Of a stretch of 64,000 nucleotides of DNA, positions 60,333 through 64,000 are shown piece after piece. Origin of the DNA: Chloroflexota bacterium (GTDB taxonomy: Bacteria; Chloroflexota; Anaerolineae; DTLA01); the NCBI GenBank assembly GCA_014874485.1, contig JADBJK010000011.1, positions 144,328 to 208,327 of the forward strand, in the 5' to 3' direction. The position numbers were made by a program, and so were the translations under genes. The stretch's first letter is position 1. Each line of letters starts with the position of its first letter. The notes beneath the pieces were generated by a model. That model was not told the DNA's origin and did not search any database. It saw only the letters and a list, made by a program, of their open reading frames with translations.

Positions 60333-62951
60333 CTACCAGGGCACGGTCAGGGTGCAATCCTGCGTCGCCTTGACCCAGTAGCCAAACCCCGGGCGCATGG
60401 CTTGCAAGGTGTTGGCGAAATCCGGCACCTGCGGGCTGTAACTGCGCCACGGGGCATTGGGGGCCGAGGCGTCGTACTCAAACACGAGCGTGTACTTGCC
60501 CGCGATGGACGCCAGCGCCTCGGGGACGGGCCGCGCGGCCCCTGCCGGATAGCCGACGAGGTTCCACCCCGTGTACAGCGGAATGCTGGTCGTCGTCGGC
60601 GTCTCGCCCTCAACCGTGAGCGTGCCCGCCTGCGTCATGTGCACCCACAGGCCCATGCCGCGCGAGATGTACGTGAGGTCGCCCCCCAGGCCCGGCATGT
60701 ACGACTTCCAGGGGTCGGCCGGGTCGCTGGCGTCCCATGCGTGCACCAGGTCATACTTCCCTGCGATGGACGCCAGGACGACATCCGGCGAGGTCCCGTT
60801 AAGCACGCGCGGAATGGAGATGAGGTTCCAGCCCTCGCGCAACTGCGCCGAGAACGGCGACGAGAAACTGTACTGCCACACACTGCCCCCCACCGTGCCC
60901 GCGAAGACCGTGGGGTTGGCCCCCGACGAGATGCCCAGCGCCTGCACGTAGGTGTGGCCCAGCCCGTCGGTGAAGGCAGCCCACGTGGCCCCGCCGTCGG
61001 TGGAGCGGAACACGCCACCGTTGTTGGAGCCAACGTACAGCGTGCGGTCGGTGGCGAACTCCGATGAAACCGCAATGGACGTGATGCGGCGCGTGCCGAT
61101 GGTGTTGGTGAGTTGCGACCACGAGCCGCCGCCGTTGGTGGAACGGTACAGGCCGCCGTCGGTGCCCGCGAACAGCGTCTGGTCCGTGGCGAAGGCGGGC
61201 GACAGCGCCACCGCCCACACGCGCAGGTTGCCCAGGCCGCTGCTGGCGTTGGCCCAACTCCCGCCGCCGTTGGTGGATTTGTACACGCCACCGTCCCACA
61301 TGCCCGCGAACAGGGTCTGGTCGGCGGCGTAGTTGGGCGAGACCGCCAGGGAGTAGATGCCCTTCTTGGGCAGGCCGGTCAACGCCCGCGCCCACGTGTT
61401 ACCGCCGTCGGTGGACTTGAACACGCCGGTTACATAGGAGTCGGTGCAGGTCGGGAAGTCCTTGCACAGGGTCCCGGCGAACACGGTGCGGTCGCTGGCG
61501 TAACTCGGCGAGATGGCCAGGGCGCGCACGTTCTTGTTTTCCAAGCCGGTCTCCGGGTTGCTCCACGACAGGCCGCCGTCAGTAGTGCGGGCGATGCCGT
61601 TGCGCCCGTTGCCCATGCCCATGTGGTTGCCCGCGAACAGCGTGCGGTCGGCGGCGAAGTTGGGCGAGATGGCCAGCGCATAGGTGTCCAGCAGGCTGAA
61701 GGTCTGCGCGTTGCGGTTGTGCCACGTGAGGCCGCCGTCGGTGGACGCGAAGATGCCCGGCCCACCCGCAGCGCTGTACACCGTGCGGTCGGCGGCGAAG
61801 TTGGGCGACACGGCCAGCGCCGTCAGCCGCTGGGCCATCATCCCGTGGCGGACGATGCTCCACGTGGCCCCGCCGTCGGTGGACTTCAGGACGCCCGTGC
61901 CGAAGGTGCCGGCGAACACGGTGCGGTCGTTGGCGAAGGCGGGGGAGATGGCCATGGCCCACACGTCGGGGTTGATGCGGTTGCCCTCGTCCAGGTAGTC
62001 TATGTTGAACTGGTACATGGTCCACGAGTCGCCGCCGTTGGTGGACTTGAACCCCTGCCACGACGGACAGCCGGTGAACAGGGTGCGGTCGCTGGCGAAG
62101 TTGGGCGAGATGACGATGGACCCAACATCCTGCTGCGGGGTGTGGCCGGCGTTGATGGCCGTCCACGACGCGCCGCCGTTGGTGGAGCGCCAGATGCCCG
62201 CCCGGCCCGTGCCCAGGAACAGCGTCTGGTCCGTGGCATACGCGGGCGAGAAGGCCACGGTGCGCATGTCCGACAGCGCCGTGGACGACAGGCCCGTGCT
62301 GATGGCCGTCCACGTGTTGCCGCGGTTGGTGCTCTTGTACACGCCCGCGGACGTGAGGGCGACAAGCGTGTTGTCGGCGGCGAAGGCCGGCGAGACCGCC
62401 ACCGCGCCCACGCTGACCGAGCCGATGTTCGCGCGGATGTCCGTCCACGTGGCCCCGCCGTCGGTGGAGCGGTACAGGGCGTCGGTGTTGCCGCGGCTCA
62501 CGAACAGCGTGCGGTCGGTGGCGAAGGCGGGCGAGAAGGCGATGGCGCGAATCTCGCCCGAGTTGAGCGGGCTGGGCATCTGAGCCCACGACGCGCCGCC
62601 GTCGGTGGAGCGGAACAGGCCGGAGTAGTTGGTCCCGGCCATGACGAGGGTGTCGCTGGGGAACGCGGGCGAAATCCCCAGCACGTACACGGTCAGGTTG
62701 GTGAGGCCGTTGCTGACCGCGGCCCACGTGGCCCCGCCGTCGGTGGTCTTGAACACGCCGCCGCCGTTGGTGCCTGCGAAGAGCGTCCCATCCGCGGCGA
62801 AGTTGGGCGAGATCGCGAGCGCATCCACCGCGCCGCCTTCCGGCCCGCCGCGCGTCCAGATTCTGTCGCCGGCGCGTGCGGGCGCAGGCCAGCCTGCGAT
62901 GACGGCCAGGCAGACGGCGACCGCCAGCGCCTTTCGGATTGTGTCCAACAT
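60333..62951 (-). CDS. Secreted Asp-box/BNR beta-propeller protein with duplicated GWNL C-terminal domain
   Basis: Signal peptide; 13 S/T-T-D/N-GG-x-T/S-W boxes; two LxxGWNL repeats. Confidence 0.85.
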   Translation of the reverse strand: MLDTIRKALAVAVCLAVIAGWPAPARAGDRIWTRGGPEGGAVDALAISPNFAADGTLFAGTNGGGVFKTTDGGATWAAVSNGLTNLTVYVLGISPAFPSDTLVMAGTNYSGLFRSTDGGASWAQMPSPLNSGEIRAIAFSPAFATDRTLFVSRGNTDALYRSTDGGATWTDIRANIGSVSVGAVAVSPAFAADNTLVALTSAGVYKSTNRGNTWTAISTGLSSTALSDMRTVAFSPAYATDQTLFLGTGRAGIWRSTNGGASWTAINAGHTPQQDVGSIVISPNFASDRTLFTGCPSWQGFKSTNGGDSWTMYQFNIDYLDEGNRINPDVWAMAISPAFANDRTVFAGTFGTGVLKSTDGGATWSIVRHGMMAQRLTALAVSPNFAADRTVYSAAGGPGIFASTDGGLTWHNRNAQTFSLLDTYALAISPNFAADRTLFAGNHMGMGNGRNGIARTTDGGLSWSNPETGLENKNVRALAISPSYASDRTVFAGTLCKDFPTCTDSYVTGVFKSTDGGNTWARALTGLPKKGIYSLAVSPNYAADQTLFAGMWDGGVYKSTNGGGSWANASSGLGNLRVWAVALSPAFATDQTLFAGTDGGLYRSTNGGGSWSQLTNTIGTRRITSIAVSSEFATDRTLYVGSNNGGVFRSTDGGATWAAFTDGLGHTYVQALGISSGANPTVFAGTVGGSVWQYSFSSPFSAQLREGWNLISIPRVLNGTSPDVVLASIAGKYDLVHAWDASDPADPWKSYMPGLGGDLTYISRGMGLWVHMTQAGTLTVEGETPTTTSIPLYTGWNLVGYPAGAARPVPEALASIAGKYTLVFEYDASAPNAPWRSYSPQVPDFANTLQAMRPGFGYWVKATQDCTLTVPW

Positions 62952-63095
62952 GGCAACCCTCCCTTTCCCCAGGGCGCAAGTTGTGTGCCAGGCAGGGCAT
63001 GTGCACCTGCCCCATTTTAGAGCGCGGCGAATGGGGGTGCAATAGGAAAACGGTATGATAGAACGATGGGGTACGGTATCGGGAGAAGGTAACGG

Positions 63096-64000
63096 TCAAC
63101 GTGAGCGGAGCCGGTTCGTGGGTACGGTCACACCTTCCTGGAACAGGACCTCAAACTCAACGGCACCCGTAAACAGATCACCCTGAAGTGCTCGCAGCCT
63201 GCGCTCAGCCACTGCGATGGTGTGCTCCGACTGGTCTACGCCGATCCACCTTCTGCCTAATTGCTGGGCAGCCACCAACGTGGTGCCCGATCCACAGAAG
63301 CAGTCCAGCACCAAGTCCCCAGGGTTGGAAGAGGCTCCTATGATAAACTTCAGCAGGTCCAAGTTCTTTTCCGTCGGGTAGCAAGGATACTGCGGATCTT
63401 TGAACTCCCATACGTCTTGCGCCTTCTTGCCCACCTGTTCATCGGCGAAAATCTTCTTCCGGGGAACTCCGGCGGCAGACCACTCAATGAGGCCCTGTCT
63501 GTCCAGTTCTTCCAGGACCTCCGGCGGGCTTCGCCAGTGCCGGCCTTTGGGCGGCATCAGCCCTCGCCAGGGTTGCCCTGTCTTGCCGTTCTGAGTCTCC
63601 CCAGGTGCATGAAGCGGGACGGTTGTGTACCTTCGGCCGCTCTTGTCCACTTTCTTGAAAAGCCTCTCTACATCCTCAGCCAGAAAAGGCATTCGTGGCT
63701 CGTTCCAGGTTGGCGAATCCGTCTTGGAATAGAAGAGGATCAAGTCTTTGATGTTGCCATAAGCCTGTCGCCTGAAGTTCTTGGGGTTGCACTTGATTCG
63801 GGCAATGTCGTTTCGGAAGTTTTCTCGCCCGAACACCTCGTCCATGATGATCTTCACATAGTGGCCGATCTTGTAGTCAATGTGCAGGTAGATGGATGCC
63901 CTATCGGACATCAGTTCGCGCAGAAAGATGAGCCGCTCGCGCAAGAACTCCAGGTACTCGGCCCCGACCAGGGTATCGCTGTAGGCAACCTCGTCATCGT
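63096..64000 (-). CDS. Beta-class DNA adenine methyltransferase, 3' part (start outside window)
   Basis: YPTEKN, LVLDCFCGSGTT, IGVD; frame open to the window edge; lower GC than flanks. Confidence 0.92.
   Translation of the reverse strand, partial: DDEVAYSDTLVGAEYLEFLRERLIFLRELMSDRASIYLHIDYKIGHYVKIIMDEVFGRENFRNDIARIKCNPKNFRRQAYGNIKDLILFYSKTDSPTWNEPRMPFLAEDVERLFKKVDKSGRRYTTVPLHAPGETQNGKTGQPWRGLMPPKGRHWRSPPEVLEELDRQGLIEWSAAGVPRKKIFADEQVGKKAQDVWEFKDPQYPCYPTEKNLDLLKFIIGASSNPGDLVLDCFCGSGTTLVAAQQLGRRWIGVDQSEHTIAVAERRLRALQGDLFTGAVEFEVLFQEGVTVPTNRLRSR

Overview
A 64-kb, high-GC bacterial chromosomal window, probably from an anaerobic Chloroflexota (Anaerolineae-like) organism. That assignment is inferred from gene content, Pro-Thr-linker surface proteins and the T-box. 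Housekeeping genes: argG, tRNA-Lys, rplY, smc, T-box-ileS-dksA-lspA, ogt. Metabolic modules: GH38 mannosidase, flavodiiron protein, hpnK/hpnI-like pair, a LarA-family racemase/TPP enzyme/Zn-dehydrogenase/SCP2/enoate-reductase cluster, and an octaheme cytochrome c/HybA/NrfD module. Also present: a MacAB-type exporter, a two-component system, several secreted proteins and the 3' part of a DNA adenine methyltransferase. Most notable observations: (1) an unannotated Arg-codon leader peptide with a complete classical attenuator upstream of argG; (2) near-total depletion of GTSAC, TCGA and AGCT, with a methyltransferase resembling GTSAC-specific enzymes at the window end; (3) a modular MITE-like element that sits on TAG stop codons and carries nested palindromic repeat arrays; (4) a secreted matrixin-like protein that has lost all zinc ligands and is split by one in-frame TGA; (5) strong TAG stop-codon dominance. 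All calls were made by eye, without database searches.
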